NCBI RefSeq assembly: GCF_032062105.1
Contig: NW_026922157.1
Span: forward strand, 62,001-126,000
DNA length: 64,000 nucleotides
DNA from: Saccostrea cucullata
Taxonomy: Eukaryota
Direction of reading: 5' to 3'
Under the pieces are notes generated by a model. The model was not told where the DNA came from, searched no databases, and worked only from the letters and a program-made list of their open reading frames with translations. The number at the start of each line of letters is the position of its first letter. Positions within the stretch are counted from its first letter, which is position 1. Positions 12,631 through 26,698 of the stretch are shown piece by piece. The position numbers and the translations under genes were made by a program.

Positions 12631-15600
12631 TTACGATTTGCTGGGGACATGCCAGGTGAGCTCCTTTATTTCCTTCAGTTTGTCCGTGTGTTCATTATGA
12701 TGCACGAGCTCCCACTTCTTCATCCACGGTCCCGGCATAGTGATGTCAAACTCAGCATCTTCTGTATTCTGCTAGAGGGAAAATAACAAAAAGAGCAAGG
12801 AAATATTTTAACTTTGATTATTTAACAGTACTAGAGGTGAATATTTTCTTGAACCCGAGAAAATACCGGTACATGTAGGTATACGTGTACTGTAGATTTC
12901 TAAATTAACGCCTGGAATTAATTATCGCGTTATTTATTTTTATGGTGGTGACATCCATGTAAAATCTCTTGACCAACCATTCGCAAATTATTATTTTTGC
13001 AATTTGACGTTGAAGAGCCTATTCGCGATAATAAGAACTTGCGAAAAATTTATTCAAGTTTTTCAATAACAAAAAGTACACGTAATTGAAAAATGCACAA
13101 ATGTATACACTTCTTTTTGATTTATTACAGTTAGCCTGTCTAGGAACTTAGAATTTATCGATTTTACCGGAAGTATGTTTTGGAGGTCTTTGACTGATTC
13201 CTTCTGTTTAGCCCAGCGGTTATCCACTTCATAGCCTGTCCAGTCGATTTTATGGTTGGGATCCTTGGACGTCCGAAACAGTAGAAGGTCCTTTATACCA
13301 TAAAATCCGCAGGGATAACCTGGTTTTTGCCAACGAAGATCAAGGCTCCAACGGATCTCTTTTGACAAATTCGGCAAGCTGAATATTGAACAAATGATAA
13401 ATATAGTAAATGTGGCCGCAGTGTCTGTTACTTTACTCTATTCAAACTTGAACAACTAAGACAAATACGATATAGCGGGTCATCTTGGTGGGTTTAGAAT
13501 TTGGCATTTTGCCAACTGAAAGGTATGCCATATAATTTTGGCGTTATTTATTTTAGCGGTCGCAGGGTTTAGGCTCTTTCCATGCAGATGGACGCTAAGA
13601 AGAGTACTGACTATTTTAATAATTAAAAATTTTAGCGGACCACCATCAAAATGCCAAATAAAGCCAAAATAAGCATCCTGCTAAAATATACACGCTATAC
13701 GGTAACAATTATTCAACATGGATATGTAAAAAAAAAAAAACCACCAACAAATTCTATTCTATGGAATGAAAACGATTTACCTTCTGTGAGGTATCATATT
13801 GTTTAGCAGTAACATTCCTCCATAGGGAACTTCACAGGTAACGATGTCTTTGTCCAAATCTACTTCTGTTGAAACAAAATTTCCAAAATTTTAAGGGATG
13901 TAATATATACCCGGTATATTATATTTTACAAATATTATTACAACATGTATATCTATTTATTCAAATAAACCTTGTCTGAGTGGTACTAGTACATGTAACA
14001 AGACTTAACCTAATGTTTTGGCCATCTCCTCTTCCTCCAACATGACATACCAGGTATTTCCATAACAACACTGATGGTGAGCAACTTTACCAGTCTTGTG
14101 ACCTCTGTGTGCAACCTTAATTAGAAGAGAGCAAATGCCTTTACATACTAGTAATTGGCGACATTGAATACTTACAAATGACGCTATATAAAGCAAAGTC
14201 GCTTTATCACTACCTGCATGCATCCATTCTGAGCATTGGCGTCTAAAAGAGGGATCCATGCCGTAGGTTGGTGGACTTTGTACGAATCTCTATCTAAATA
14301 GCCAGAATCTATAACAAAATAATGAATCATTTTATTATTTTAATAATTTTATTTTGTATATTCCATGATTTGTGCAGATGGTCAAATATTCATTTATCAT
14401 GAAACTGGCACAAATATTGGTTCTTGGTTGATATGCCAATATCTATCATTACCCTGATGCCAAGGAACTGTTGTATTTTACAATATATGGAGAGAGGACC
14501 AATCAGCTGCTCCACAACGTTCAACAAACGCTCATTGGTCCAAACATCTTTAAAGGCCTAAATATTTTTGACACACAGAAATGTTAATTTTTCTTGTTAT
14601 TTCAGAATTGTAAAAATATTATTAAGGAATGATAACCCTTTTTTGGCGGAAAGGTTAAACTAACTGTGCCCTGAACATTATCATATGATAATATATATTA
14701 AGACAGGTCCCAAAACGTATGCAGATATGATAATCTATTTTCTATATTTAGTGACTTAAGTATTCAGTTCATCTTTAGTCTGAAAGCAAAACTAATTTAA
14801 AACCTATGAGTTAAATAAAAAGAAAATTTACGACTTAGTTTTTTTTATATCACAATTGTGATCGATGCATTACAGTTCTTCGTCTAGGTATACCGATGTT
14901 GAAAATTTTTTGAAGCATTTTGTTTTAATGTGCTTAATTTTACTTCCGATGTATGTTTTGAATCAAATAATTTTACAATATATATAGAGAGAGAGGACCG
15001 TTTCACACCCAATCCAAAGTTCTTTTAAGACAGATAAATAGTACTGCGAGCAATGCAAAGAAGGTCTTAAGGCAATACTACAGATTAATATTAATCCATA
15101 CAAGTTACTTCGTGTGGGTGTCATGATAAAACTGATAGATACATGAGAAGAACCATTTTTGATGGTAATAGGAAGCCTCAATTGATTTCCTCCATGTTTG
15201 CTTGAAGAAATTTTTTCTGAAATAATACTTTAAAAGCCAGCACCCGTGTTCAGTACGATTTTGGAAATTTGTAGTTCTATATTTATCTCTCCCATTTTTA
15301 ACAGTCGACCCTATACTCTTGACTGTGATATCACACACAAGTAAACTAAACAAGTTTGTATACCTGTGGTAAAACTCCGTATTTGTGTAACATAATATTT
15401 GCGCCAGGAAAGTCTTCTTCAAGCTTAGACAAGCGTTCAAAAAATCCGAACTCACTGTAGAGCGCTAAAACATAAAGTTTCATAATAAATCATGATAACA
15501 ATGATCCTATATTCTGAGAAAGAGATAAAGAGAGAGTTGCTTACACGTTGCTTACATTTGATTCGTCCAGATTCGTATAATTTTTGAGCCAGCAGATCAA

Positions 15601-16390
15601 CAAATCTGTCAATAGCCTTTCTGCATGGATCCAATTCTTCCTTAGTAAAGAAGTCCTTCACTATCACATATCCCTTTATTCAAAAGAGAAAAAATAAGCC
15701 ATTCCTTAAGTTGAACCTCTTTATGACCTTCTGCATCTTTTCAGAAATAATAATTTTTATTCAAGGTGCAAAAGTCATTGACGTCCTAGTTCACGCACTA
15801 CCCAAACTAATCCAAATAAGATAAAAAACAAATACATCTTCAAGGAATTTCCGGATCATTTATACAGGAAGTTAGCCTAATTTCCTTTCTCGAAAATTAC
15901 CCAGGTATTCCCAGATGACACGTCAACAGCATTAGAACATTTCAAAAATCCCGCCAGTGTTCAGACGCCATTTTCAAATTCTATTCAATAAATTCTTTCA
16001 ATTTCTAAAAATTATTTTGACAACAGACGTGCTTTTTTATCATTATCATAAACAAATGGAACATTACAAGAAACACTTTTGAAACTACTACCTTTCATGG
16101 ACTGTTTAAACAACAATGAATGTTTTTCAATAACATTGAAGCTAACATTGAAGCTCGCATGAGACTAAAGTATACATCGACATCCAGTTTGCTTATCTAT
16201 TTGATGTGATGGCCTATACTACTATTGCATAGATAAAACTTACATTTTCAAAGTATTGTTTTATCATATGGTCTGGAAGTTGGCCTGGTTTCTTTTCTGT
16301 AACATTCGGCCTCGCTTTGAGGTTGAAAATATCTGCATTACACTCCCCTGTAAATCCCGGAAGAACGTGTGTAAACGACTCCGAAGGCAT
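12631..16390 (-). CDS. phytanoyl-CoA dioxygenase (PhyH) family 2OG-Fe(II) oxygenase; exon 4 frameshifted in this sequence (null allele or assembly error)
   Basis: GT-AG exons 16390-16244, 15673-15556, 15464-15364, 14557-14453, 14308-14214, 14115-14010, 13865-13781, 13378-13168, 12771-12631. Motifs: IKQYFENGYVIVKDFF, TTVPWHQDSGY (out of frame), AWIPLLDANAQNGCMQV, LLLNNMIPHRSLPNLSKEIRWSLDLRW. The exon total of 1109 nt is not a multiple of 3. Confidence 0.88.
13468..13704. mobile_element. TA-flanked MITE in PhyH intron
   Basis: Imperfect TIRs TACGATATAGCGGG ... CACGCTATACGGTA. Confidence 0.55.
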
Positions 16391-16675
16391 GATGTCTTCT
16401 GAATAAGATAATTACCTAAACATTAATCATGTTAATTGAGTGATGTTTTATACTTTTACTTACTAAAGTAATAAACAAATTTTGTCGCCGCAAAAGTGAG
16501 GAAACATTAAATCTCCTTTGTCTGTCAGTGTATTCGTCTGTAACAGAAACCTTATCTCTTGTAATAACGTATAACATTTGAATGAGAAAATATAGAGCTT
16601 TCATATTTTACAATTATGATCAGTTATACGACTTTCCAAATGTGACAACATTTTTTTAGCCCATGATCTTGAGAT

Positions 16676-16809
16676 CAGGCCTGGGCGCCATAAAACTTAG
16701 ACGAGCTCACTTTTGATCTTAATCTCACTTTTCGTTTATATGTTCCTTTGGTAAAAGTGAGATTGAGACCAAAAGTGAGCTTGTCTAAATTTTATGTCCC
16801 ACAAGCCTG
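16676..16809. mobile_element. 134-bp palindromic MITE upstream of the PhyH start codon
   Basis: CAGGC...CATAAAACTTAGACGAGCTCACTTTTG mirrored by CAAAAGTGAGCTTGTCTAAATTTTATG...GCCTG; flanked by AT on both sides. Confidence 0.75.
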
Positions 16810-16854
16810 ATCTACTTTCTCAAATTTAACATGATGACAACTTTTGATTCTGAG

Positions 16855-17570
16855 GCGGTAATGTGTTTATTTTTGCCTTGTACATTCACTGTGATAACAT
16901 CTTTTACATTTTGACCTTGACCTTAGAGTTTAACCAACTTAAAAAAAAATCTTTTTCAAATACAAATAAAATATGTTGGTACTCAAATTACCGTCTCATA
17001 AGAAACGCACTTGTGAAATATGAATGCCGTAGTGCTGCTTGTTCAAATGCTGAAGTAAATGTTAATTTAAAAAAAAAATAGGCCAAGGGCCAAATATGTT
17101 AGTATCTAAAGGAAGGTCTTGTCACAATGATTATATATTTGAAGTAAGAAAGCTCCGGGCCAAATTGTTCAAAAGTTATGGAAAAAGTTGAAGTTTGTTA
17201 AAAATGGGTCAAAGGGTTAAAGTTAAAGTTCCCTGTATCCAGTTGAAGGTCTTGTCTCATGGATTACAAATATGAAATATAAAAGTTCTAGTATTTACTG
17301 TTAAAAATATATGGCCTAGGTTAATGTTAGGTAAAAGTTTGCAAAACTGAGTCAGACTCAAAGGTAAAAAAAAGTCAAATTTGCTGGTACCCCTAAAAAA
17401 GTCTTGTCACGAAAAATACACAGCTTAAATATGAAAGCAAAGCCCTAAAAATTGACAAAATTTTTGCAAGCAGACAGATTAAAAGACAGACAAAAAGACA
17501 GATGGATGGACATAGCAAAAACAATAATACCTTCACCCTGAATCTTTGATTATACGGGGGCATAAAAATC
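16855..17570 (-). mobile_element. Helentron/HINE-like non-autonomous element with ~150-bp internal repeats
   Basis: GGTCAA/CTTGTCAC units, a (GACA)n tract at ~17470-17510 and terminal CGGGGGCATAAAAA. Confidence 0.6.
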
Positions 17571-17799
17571 AATCAACAACTTTTACTTACTTCTTGACCT
17601 AAAAGTCTGACCTTCAAACAAATATTAATCTGGGCCATAACGTTTGGTTTGTAAGGGACAAGACCTTTATGGTCAGGTGTATTTTTCATCTTTATTTAGT
17701 CCTTACGTATCTTATGTATCTAATATGAAATTCGCCCTAAGGATATTAAAAGCTTTACCTTGCAGTTGATGCACTCTGAAATAAACATTTTATGTAAGC

Positions 17800-20070
17800 A
17801 GAAACTTATTTTTAAGATATTCGACAGATTTCATTTTAACGGCGATCGACTGGTCAGACACATGCATGGTTTGTATTGTCTACGACTTATGCGGGGCTTG
17901 TTACAGTTAAAACAACGAAAGCAAATGTTTATCTTTTAGATCCAATAACTTAAACTTAAGTAGAATTTGAAAAAAAAAATGATAGTTAAGATATGTTCTC
18001 TTCAGTCAGTTATTGTAACATATTAGGAAGGGGAATAGTTTCTTCCAAAAGATAACGAATGGGGGAGTCGCGAAATAAAATCATTTGTATACATGGGTTT
18101 GTATTTTATAATTATGCTTTTTTATTCTGCCAATTGCTTTTTGTTTGCTCAAAGTTATGCATAAATCGACATTTAATTGCATTTTTAATAATTTGGGGAG
18201 TCACAAATCGTACATCATTTAAAATTTCGACTTTTCTTTCGCTGTTTGCCTTGTTGACATACTTAATTTGATGATTTTTTGTTGCTTTATTATAATGTTA
18301 CGTATAAAAATCAATGTAAGAAATTTGTAGAAATAAAACCTTGCATTAATCGTCCCCTATTGTAAAAAAGTATGAGTATACATCAGAACTGCACCAATCT
18401 TTTAGTTTTCAATTTCTCTTATACATGTACAACTGAATGATACTTTCAGAGATTCTTTGTTACATAGTGCCATTGTGCAGTCCCTATCTGAGTTTTTGAT
18501 CGGGCAAATATTCCGACTTTCCTATAGCAAATCATGAACACTGTCATTCTTTCATAGCATTGAGGGGTAGTTACATGTATCTCTCATCCGCAACTCTTCA
18601 TTTTCCACTGAATTAAATTTAATGATACTTCCAGAGATTCTCTCTTAAATGATGCCATGATGGGTTTCCTTAAATGAGCCCAGTGCTCAAAGAATCTCTT
18701 GTTTAAATTTACGTGCATTAATTTGAGTTCAATAAGTTTCAAGAAAATTAAAAGTGTGGAATTCCTACTTCATTGAAATTGTCATGTTAAAACTGAATTT
18801 ACCGGGGTAAGTTTGAGTAATTAAAAATTTTGGAACATTAAAAAAAACCTGGTATGGTCCAACAAAACCGTCAAATTGTGTTCTAAAAATCATGATTATA
18901 CTAAAGAAATGTATATGTATACAGCTTTGAAAAAGGCGGCTGGGGTTATTATACATTAATAAGTGTATATAGTGTATAAATTTTAAAAAATTTAAAATTT
19001 AAATATACATTAATATTGTATTAACGACAGATTTTCCAAAAAAGGTCAAGGGCTGGACTGACGCGCCGGAGCTAGATTTGTCTTTTTCTCATTAAGAATG
19101 ATTCATATATTTAAACATAATTTTTTTTACCTTTTTTCTTTGCCATAAACTGCCGAACGGTAATTATTTCGAAATAATGCTAAGAATTTTGCCATTGCGC
19201 GACCGTGCAGAACCACATTGAAATGCATATGAATTAATTGAAGTAATTAATGTGCATTTATGCTCATCACTTTACAGTACGGAACGATTTATAATGCATG
19301 GTTTTATTATTTTTCTAGGAATTTCTAACATTGATCTTCATACGTAACATATCAAATTAAGTATACAGTATCAATAAACCAAACAACGAAAAAAAAGTCA
19401 AAATCTAAATAGGATGTACGATTTTGCAACTCTCCAAATTATTAGAGAAAGAACTAAATATCGATTTATAGATAACTATGAGCAAATCAAAAGGTATTGG
19501 TAGAATAAAAAAAAATCAAAAAGCCTTCAAACAAGCCCAAGTTTACGTTTTGTTTCATTTTGCGATTCCCCCATTCGTTACGTTTACCTAGAAACGACCC
19601 ACCCCCCTATTTTACAATAACTGATTGAAGAGAAACTGTTTTACATGTAAGGTCTCCGATCCATAATAGCTTAAGAATCAATGAATTTGATTGCATTTCT
19701 TGATATTCATAGTATTTAAATTATTATTTTTATAAAAATACTTTTTTTCAGACTTCACATTCTAATTAAACCAGTTACTGCTCGGTTAATTATATTTTCG
19801 AAAATTTATCCTTATGAAACCTTTTCTACTCTAAACTGCTTTAAATTAATTTCAGAGAATTTAATAAATAATGTATATTTCAGATGAGAAATTATGTCCT
19901 GTTATGGATCGGATACCTTTATTATTAATTCTTACAAAGTCTAGCCAAGTCGAAATTATTGGATCTAAAAAAATAAACGCTTCCTTGTGTTGTTTTCACT
20001 GTAACAAGCCCCGTGTAGATAGTACAAACCATACAAGGTCAACGTAAATTATGAAATCTGTCGAATAGTT
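17800..20070. repeat. long diverged inverted repeat (arms ~17800-18370 and ~19270-20070)
   Basis: Collinear reverse-complement matches, e.g. CGGGGCTTGTTACAGT / ACTGTAACAAGCCCCG, TAACGAATGGGGGAGTCGC / GCGATTCCCCCATTCGTTA, ATACTTAATTTGAT / ATCAAATTAAGTAT. Confidence 0.8.
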
Positions 20071-20910
20071 TCGAAGTGTTTGAGAATACCAGAAGTATAT
20101 GAAACTGTTAAAAAACCTCCTACCCGTTTTGTTCAAGTCAACGTGTCCAAGTGGGGTTGCGTCTAAGTAGGTTGTTTTTATATATCATTGGCCTTGCGTA
20201 GTTATGAATATTTATGAATTGTTTCTAACGATTAGAAGAACTCCGATGGTATAAATGGCACACCTAATTCACTAAAATGAGCTACATATAATTTACAGTT
20301 GATGAACTAGGTTTATCGACATTAAACTATAGCTTACAAACCGTGAACTATAGTTTACAATTCCTTAACAATAGTTTTATTCTGTAAAACTATGTTTAAC
20401 GGGAAAAAATTAAAAAAAAATATATTAATTCAAATAAATCAAGTGAATCATTAAAAAAAATACAATTAAAAATTAAGCCTCTACTGAAGTCAGTAATGTT
20501 TATTTCCAGTTTCCTTTATGATATCGACCTTTGAATCCTTTCTCTATTATTTTTGCTGGGACGTCATCATTTAAGGTGAGTTGGGGGTATCATTTAGTTC
20601 GCTCATTGCTCTCAGTACATCAAGTTTATAATAATTTTGGTTTCCCATAGCAAAACATGGACACTGCAATTATATTCATATGAGAGGCGGGGGTATCATT
20701 TAGTGAGCTCATTGCTCATTTTGTGATAGAACTTTTCTGATCACATTTTTTCCGGCGTCCGTCTAGCTGTTTAGCTGTCCGTATATCCGTCCTTCCGTCT
20801 GTTACGCTTTGGGCTTCCTATCTAATTCCTATCTCAAACTCCTCTTTTACCATCGAATGAAATTTAATGAGACTTTCACAGAATATTTATTACATATTGT
20901 CATTGTTTAC

Positions 20911-21871
20911 TCGGATTTTATTTTTCAAAGACTTTTTAAAAAAAAAAATTCAAAGTGCGTTAAATTTGGGACATGCTCAAAGCAGATTGAAATTTTTTTT
21001 TCAAAGTGCGTTTAGAGTTTACATCAATATATTTTACAATGGATACACTTAACACACTTTGAAAAAAAATATGTAAAAACAAATATTCTGATTTTAGATT
21101 TCAGTAATGGAAAGATTCTATTTCAGTGTTATTTATCTTTCAGTAAACTTATGAATTGATTTACTCCCGTCGATCCATATGAGTGAAAAATTCTCAAGAG
21201 GGGCGTTAAACAATATATATACTCCCGTCGAGAAGACAGGTAGAAGATCTCTTAGATTAACTCTTTCTCTTTCAATACAAAGGCGTCGGTTACAAATAAA
21301 ACGGGGAGGGGAGCAATAAACCCACAAAAGGGTAAACCGCATTTTCCATGCCTATATGATGCATATTTTCCAAAATAAATGGGGAGGGGAAGGGCTAAGT
21401 ACAGTAAAACATACAGGAGAGAAAGAATTTTTCATAATCTTGGAAAATCAAATTGTCCCTTTTTCTTAAGATAAATGCTATACCTTAAGTCATTCGCTTT
21501 TAGCCCCCCCCCCCCCCCCACTACATCCACTAATTACAGACTAGAAATTTTAAAAAGAAACGAAATATTTCCCTTTACAATATTCATCAAAACCTAAAAT
21601 ATTTAAAACGTCAATATCTCAGGTCATGAAGTGACATTATCCCCCAAAAGTTATCCAACCAGGGTCAATTATTTAATATACCGATTATTTGTAAATACAT
21701 TGATCAAGCTTTACATTTTTTTTTCAAAGTGCGTTAATATGATCGATATTAACACTCTTTGAAAAGAAATTTAAATTTTTTAAAGTGGGTTAGCTTGGTC
21801 CCAAATTTAACGCAGTTTGAAAAAAATTTTCAAAGTGTGTTTCACCCCCAAGAAAACCATTGTCAACCGAG
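20911..21871. mobile_element. fold-back element with repeated subterminal TTTCAAAGTGCGTT motifs, nested in a HINE-like repeat
   Basis: CTCGG...CCGAG ends; GCGTTAAATTTGGGAC mirrored by GTCCCAAATTTAACGC; motif clusters at both ends. Confidence 0.5.
21174..21219 (+). mobile_element. 46-bp, severely 5'-truncated SINE/LINE tail insertion
   Basis: TCCATATGAGTGAAAAATTCTC...CGTTAAACAA matches the tail of SINE 10274-10575. 12-bp TSD TACTCCCGTCGA at 21162-21173 and 21220-21231. Confidence 0.85.
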
Positions 21872-24794
21872 GCGCAATTTTTCAAAGTGCGTTGTAACAC
21901 TGCCATCTTTTTTCTATAATATTGAAGGGTAACAATCTCTTTTTCGCAATTCTTCCTATACCAGTGAATGAGATTGAATGATACTGTCAAAGATTTTTTT
22001 TTTATTATAAAATGCCAATTTGAACCTTTTATTTGAGATTTTGATGGGCGCATTGCTCACAGTACCTTCAGTTTAAAGTCTAAAGAAGTATATTTGTGAC
22101 GTTTGCGGTGCCACGGCGACATCCCTTATTTATGTTCTAAGCTTAAACCATCCATAATCTTAAACCATTTATAAAATTAATTCACTTAAACACTAAACAA
22201 AATTAATTTTAGTTGTATTTCGAAATGTATTGTGACATTACTTTTTTATGAACCCTCGAACTATAGGGGTACAGATTATCACAACTTAGAGATAATGAAA
22301 CTAGATATCTGTGACATTATTTTTGATCAACCCCCTTCATGTATTTTAGAAGTATAGGTTATCACAACTTAGATATATAGAAACTAGATGTTTGCGAACC
22401 CGTCAGTCTTAAGTGACCTTCAATGTTATTGATAAACAATCATTTTTGTTAAAACTCCATAGGAGGTTAAACAGTTATTGGGGGTGGACTACTTATTTTG
22501 TCCCAGTTTCTGATGATAACGATAGAGAAACCAAAGATATTTTTTGTCAAATTATTGTTAAATATTAAAGAAGATACTAAATGGCATTGAAAATGGCGAG
22601 ATTTTAGAAAGGATCAAAATTATTTACTGTTACTTATTTTTCAACTACAGTCTAGAAAATGAATAAGTGAATTTTGTCTTTGAAAACATTAGGCGATTAT
22701 TAACCCTATTCAAAAATGCTTTCTAATGTGTTTGTATTTTTATACACCTGCTTGAAAAACGGAATGTCCGTCTGTTACGATTGGAGTACCCATCTCTCAT
22801 CCGCAACTCCTCTTACACCACTGAATCATATTTGATGAGACTTTCAAAGAATCGTTATTACATTTTGCCATTGCGCTCCTCCTATTTTACTTTTTGATCC
22901 GACACATATTTCATATTTTGGGTTTCCCACTGTAAAACATGGACACTGCCATTATATTCATATGAGAGGCGGAGTTTATTAATCATATAGTGAGCTCGTT
23001 GTGCACAGTACCCTAGGCTTTTTCTAAAGTAGATTGATTAGTAATGTTTCCTCTGTTTCGGCGACATTCCTTATGTTCAATGCTTAAAACATTGATAAAA
23101 TCAATTCAGTTAATTATTGATAACTAAACAAAATGTGTGAAAAAACTCTGATTCCCCCGTAAAGCAACATAGCCAAAATAAACTTTGACACAGGAAGAAA
23201 CAAGAACTTCCAGTTATAACTGAAAGGCGGCTTTCAGTGACTTTTCAGTGGCCATTCAACCACTGAAGAGCACATACATTTCAGCGACCTTTCAGTTGCC
23301 TTTCAGGTACCGTTTAGTTACCATTCAGCAAACACATTTCTGTCAACTTTCAGGTACCTTTCCGTCGAGTTTCAAGGACCTTTCTGTCCTCTTTCAGTGA
23401 CCTTTCTGCCACATTACAGTGACGTATTAGTCTCATTTTAGCGATTTTTTTCACTAGCTTATTAAATTATAATAAGATATTTTCCACCAAAATGAAACAA
23501 TATTTTGAAAAAAAATATCTTTTATTTAATCTTAATTGTTTTTTTGTTTTTATCGTGATTAAATTTGGGTACCTTAAACTGGTAATAACGGTTAGAGGTT
23601 TAATTGTCTTTCAAAATGTTTACTAAATTGTTAAACTGTGATAACAGATTTAAAAAAAAATATGTTTAATTAGTTACATGTACATGCATTATGATTTTAT
23701 AAAGTAAATGATAAATGATATTGATTAAAAATCTTTTTTATTTTCTTAGTAGATTTACAAAACAAAAATTCTTGAATTGATAGAAAATAATGATCCGATA
23801 GTCACATCAAAATGTAAATAAAAGCCGTATAGCACATTATTTGGTGCTTATACGTGTATTTTTCATGGCGATATCTAGTTTTGAATGATGAGACAGATTT
23901 AATTTTATTTACGCCTTTTCTGGAAGAACCCTATATACTATTAGAGTAAATTTCGTTTTTTAATTGTCAAAACAACAAGAAATTTCGAAACACATCGTTT
24001 TAAAATCAATTTACATGAAAAGAATAAATCATTTATACATGCGTCTTGTAGGGAAAAAAAGAAAAAAAAAATATTGTAGATTTAAGCTTTTTAAATCTTA
24101 TTGTTTTAAATATATTGTACTAAGTTTCTAGATAGAAAATTTACAAGGATATTAAATTTCTGACACATAAAAAAGGTGCCCGTCATTGATAATTGTCATC
24201 CCGATAGGATATGTGTAATTAATCAGTTTGCCCCTAAAATCCGCACAACTTGCATAGAATATATAAAAGATATACAAAATATATATACACCGCAGATCCT
24301 CGACAAAGCAGGTAAACCGATTGTTCTACCAATTGCTACAAATTGATTGATTTTAATTCCGTTCTAAACAACTAAAAGACGTAGCATAATTGATAAGGTC
24401 ACGGACGGTCAATCAGGAGACAAGGGATTGATCCTCCACGATTTTTTTCTTGCATTATTTTTTTCCCCATTTTTTATTTGAAATTACATAAATTCAATGC
24501 TATTATAATAGGGAAAAGTGTAACAAAATTAGTTTAAACCAGGGTATACGGAAAAGTAGATCCGTAAAACCGATAAACATCTTTCAATTTAAAAATAAGA
24601 TTTATATAATTCCTTTATAGTAGATAACTGGATTATTTTGCCTTATTACTTCAAATAAATCCTTTAAAAATAGTCCATAAATAAGAAGTCCCTTTTTTCA
24701 CAAAATGGTTGACATTCCACATAAAATCAAATGTGTCGTCACAGAGGTCGACAGTTAAAACCACTTGTTCGTTAATGAGCAGTTAATTAAGTGA

Positions 24795-25105
24795 ACTGTC
24801 AACTCGTCGACCTGTCTACATGTCGACTTGTCAACCCGACTTCCCCTTAGCCAGTCGACTTGTCAACGTGTCGACTTGTAAAACAGTCGACATGTCAACC
24901 GGACTACCCTTTAGCCAGTCGACATGTCATCCCGTCAACCTGTCCATCTGTCGACCTGTCAACCAGTGCACCTGTCAATCAGTCGACGTGTCAACTCGTC
25001 GACCTGACAGCCGGTCGACCTGTCAACCCGTCGACGTGTCTATCCGTCGACTTGTCTACCAGTCGACCTGTTAATCAGAAGACCTCCAAACCGTCCACCT
25101 GTTAA
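24795..25105. repeat. low-complexity array of GTCGAC/GTCAAC-based short units inside a larger repeat (~23195-25335) with TTTCAGTGACC-rich ends
   Basis: Dense TGTCAAC/GTCGAC/CCTGTC reiteration; it explains ORFs 24820..25074 and 24860..25105. Confidence 0.75.
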
Positions 25106-25377
25106 CCCCTCCTCCCTTACAACTGCTGGGGAAATAATCTTCTAATTTCCTCTTTCATTAATCAGCGATGTGGATTATGTCGATTTTAGCGTATGAAAAA
25201 AAATCAGATAGTCTTTTATCAAACAACGGGCATTTATTAAAATTTGCGGGAAAGGATCTTTTCAATGACCTTTCAGTGACAATTCAGTTACCATTCCGTC
25301 GACTGAATGGTGGATTTTCATCCTTTGTTTCTTAAATGCAAATCAAGTATATATGAAATAATAGAAGGATATACTGA

Positions 25378-26671
25378 CTAGAAATACAATTGCGAGTTAT
25401 AAAAGTTAAAGTTTTTCGTAATAACGGGAATCTGGTCAAGGTCAAAAGATCAAGGGAATTGGTGTCTAATGAAAGTTCTTGCCACAAAAAATACAAATGT
25501 GAAGTATAAAAGTCCTAGCCCTTACCCTTCAAAAGGTTAAGGTTAAAAATCAAAAGAAGTAGGTCAAGTCAAGCTCAAAGTGTCATGGGTCTTGTTATCA
25601 AATGAAACATCTTGTACAGTATGAAACACTAGCACCAAGCCATGAAAAGGTATCGTCAAGGTTTGCATTTTAAAAGTAGCCTAAACTCCAAGGTTAATAT
25701 CAAATGGCTAATGTTCTTGGTATGGGTCCTTACACAAGGATAACAAATTTGAAATGTAAGATTACTAGCCCTTAGCGTTCAAATGTTTTGGCCACGATTT
25801 TTTGCATAAGTACAAAAATCTTCAAGGTCATAAGGTCAAGGTAATTTGGTATCCAATGAAAAGTCATTTCACAATTAATACATATGCAAAGTATGGAAGT
25901 CCATTCCCTAATCGTTCAGAAGTTATAGCAAAAGTTAAAAATGTAAAGAAGTAGGTCAAACTCTAAGGTCATGTGAAAGGGCCAAAGTTCTTGGTATAAA
26001 ATGAAAGGTCATCTCACAAGGATTAAATGTGTAAAGTATACATTGTACAAACACTAGCTCTAACCCTTTAAAAGTTATGGTCAAGGTTTACTTGTTAAAA
26101 GAATGTCATACTCAAAGATCAAGGTCAAAGGTTCAAATTATTTGGTATCCAATGAAGGGTCTTCTCACAAGAATTACATATGCAAAATATAAAAGCCCTG
26201 TCCCTTACCCTTCAGAAGTTATGGCCAACGTTGAAGAGTTTTCATAAATACGGAGATCTCCGAAGTCAGGGTGAAAAGGTCAAGATTGTTGCTATCCATT
26301 AGAAGGTTTTGTCACAAAAATACATTTGTGAGGTTTAAATGCCCTGGTATTTACTGTTCAAAAGGTATGGCCAAAGTAAAAGTTTCAAATTTTTGTGTAA
26401 AAAGTGGTCAAACTCCAAGGTCAAGGTCAAAAGCTCAAAATATGATCTTTAAACATGGAATACACATTTTAATATGAAAGTCGTAGCTCTTCTAAATCTA
26501 CTAAAGGGCAAGGTTAAAGTTTCTTGGGGACAAACAGACAGAGAGGAAGACAGACAGCTAGACAGACAGTCAGACAAACAAACAACAACAAAAAAAAAAA
26601 CAGAAAGAAGGACGGACACGGCAAAAGCTACATGCATATACCACCGAAACTTCGTAATCGGGGGCATAAAA
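25378..26671 (-). mobile_element. Helentron/HINE-like element with about 7 tandem ~150-bp units
   Basis: Repeated AAGGTCAAGGTCA...GGTATCCAATGAA...CACAAG...AAAGTTATGG units, a (AGAC)n microsatellite at 26535-26580 and a CCGAAACTTCGTAATCGGGGGCATAAAA end. Confidence 0.7.
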
Positions 26672-26698
26672 TCAATTTTAGTTATATCTATATATGTA

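Noticed and set aside
24820-25105. Cys/Ser/Thr-rich repeat proteins
   Set aside because: They are translations of a GTCGAC low-complexity array, with no splice signals or domain.
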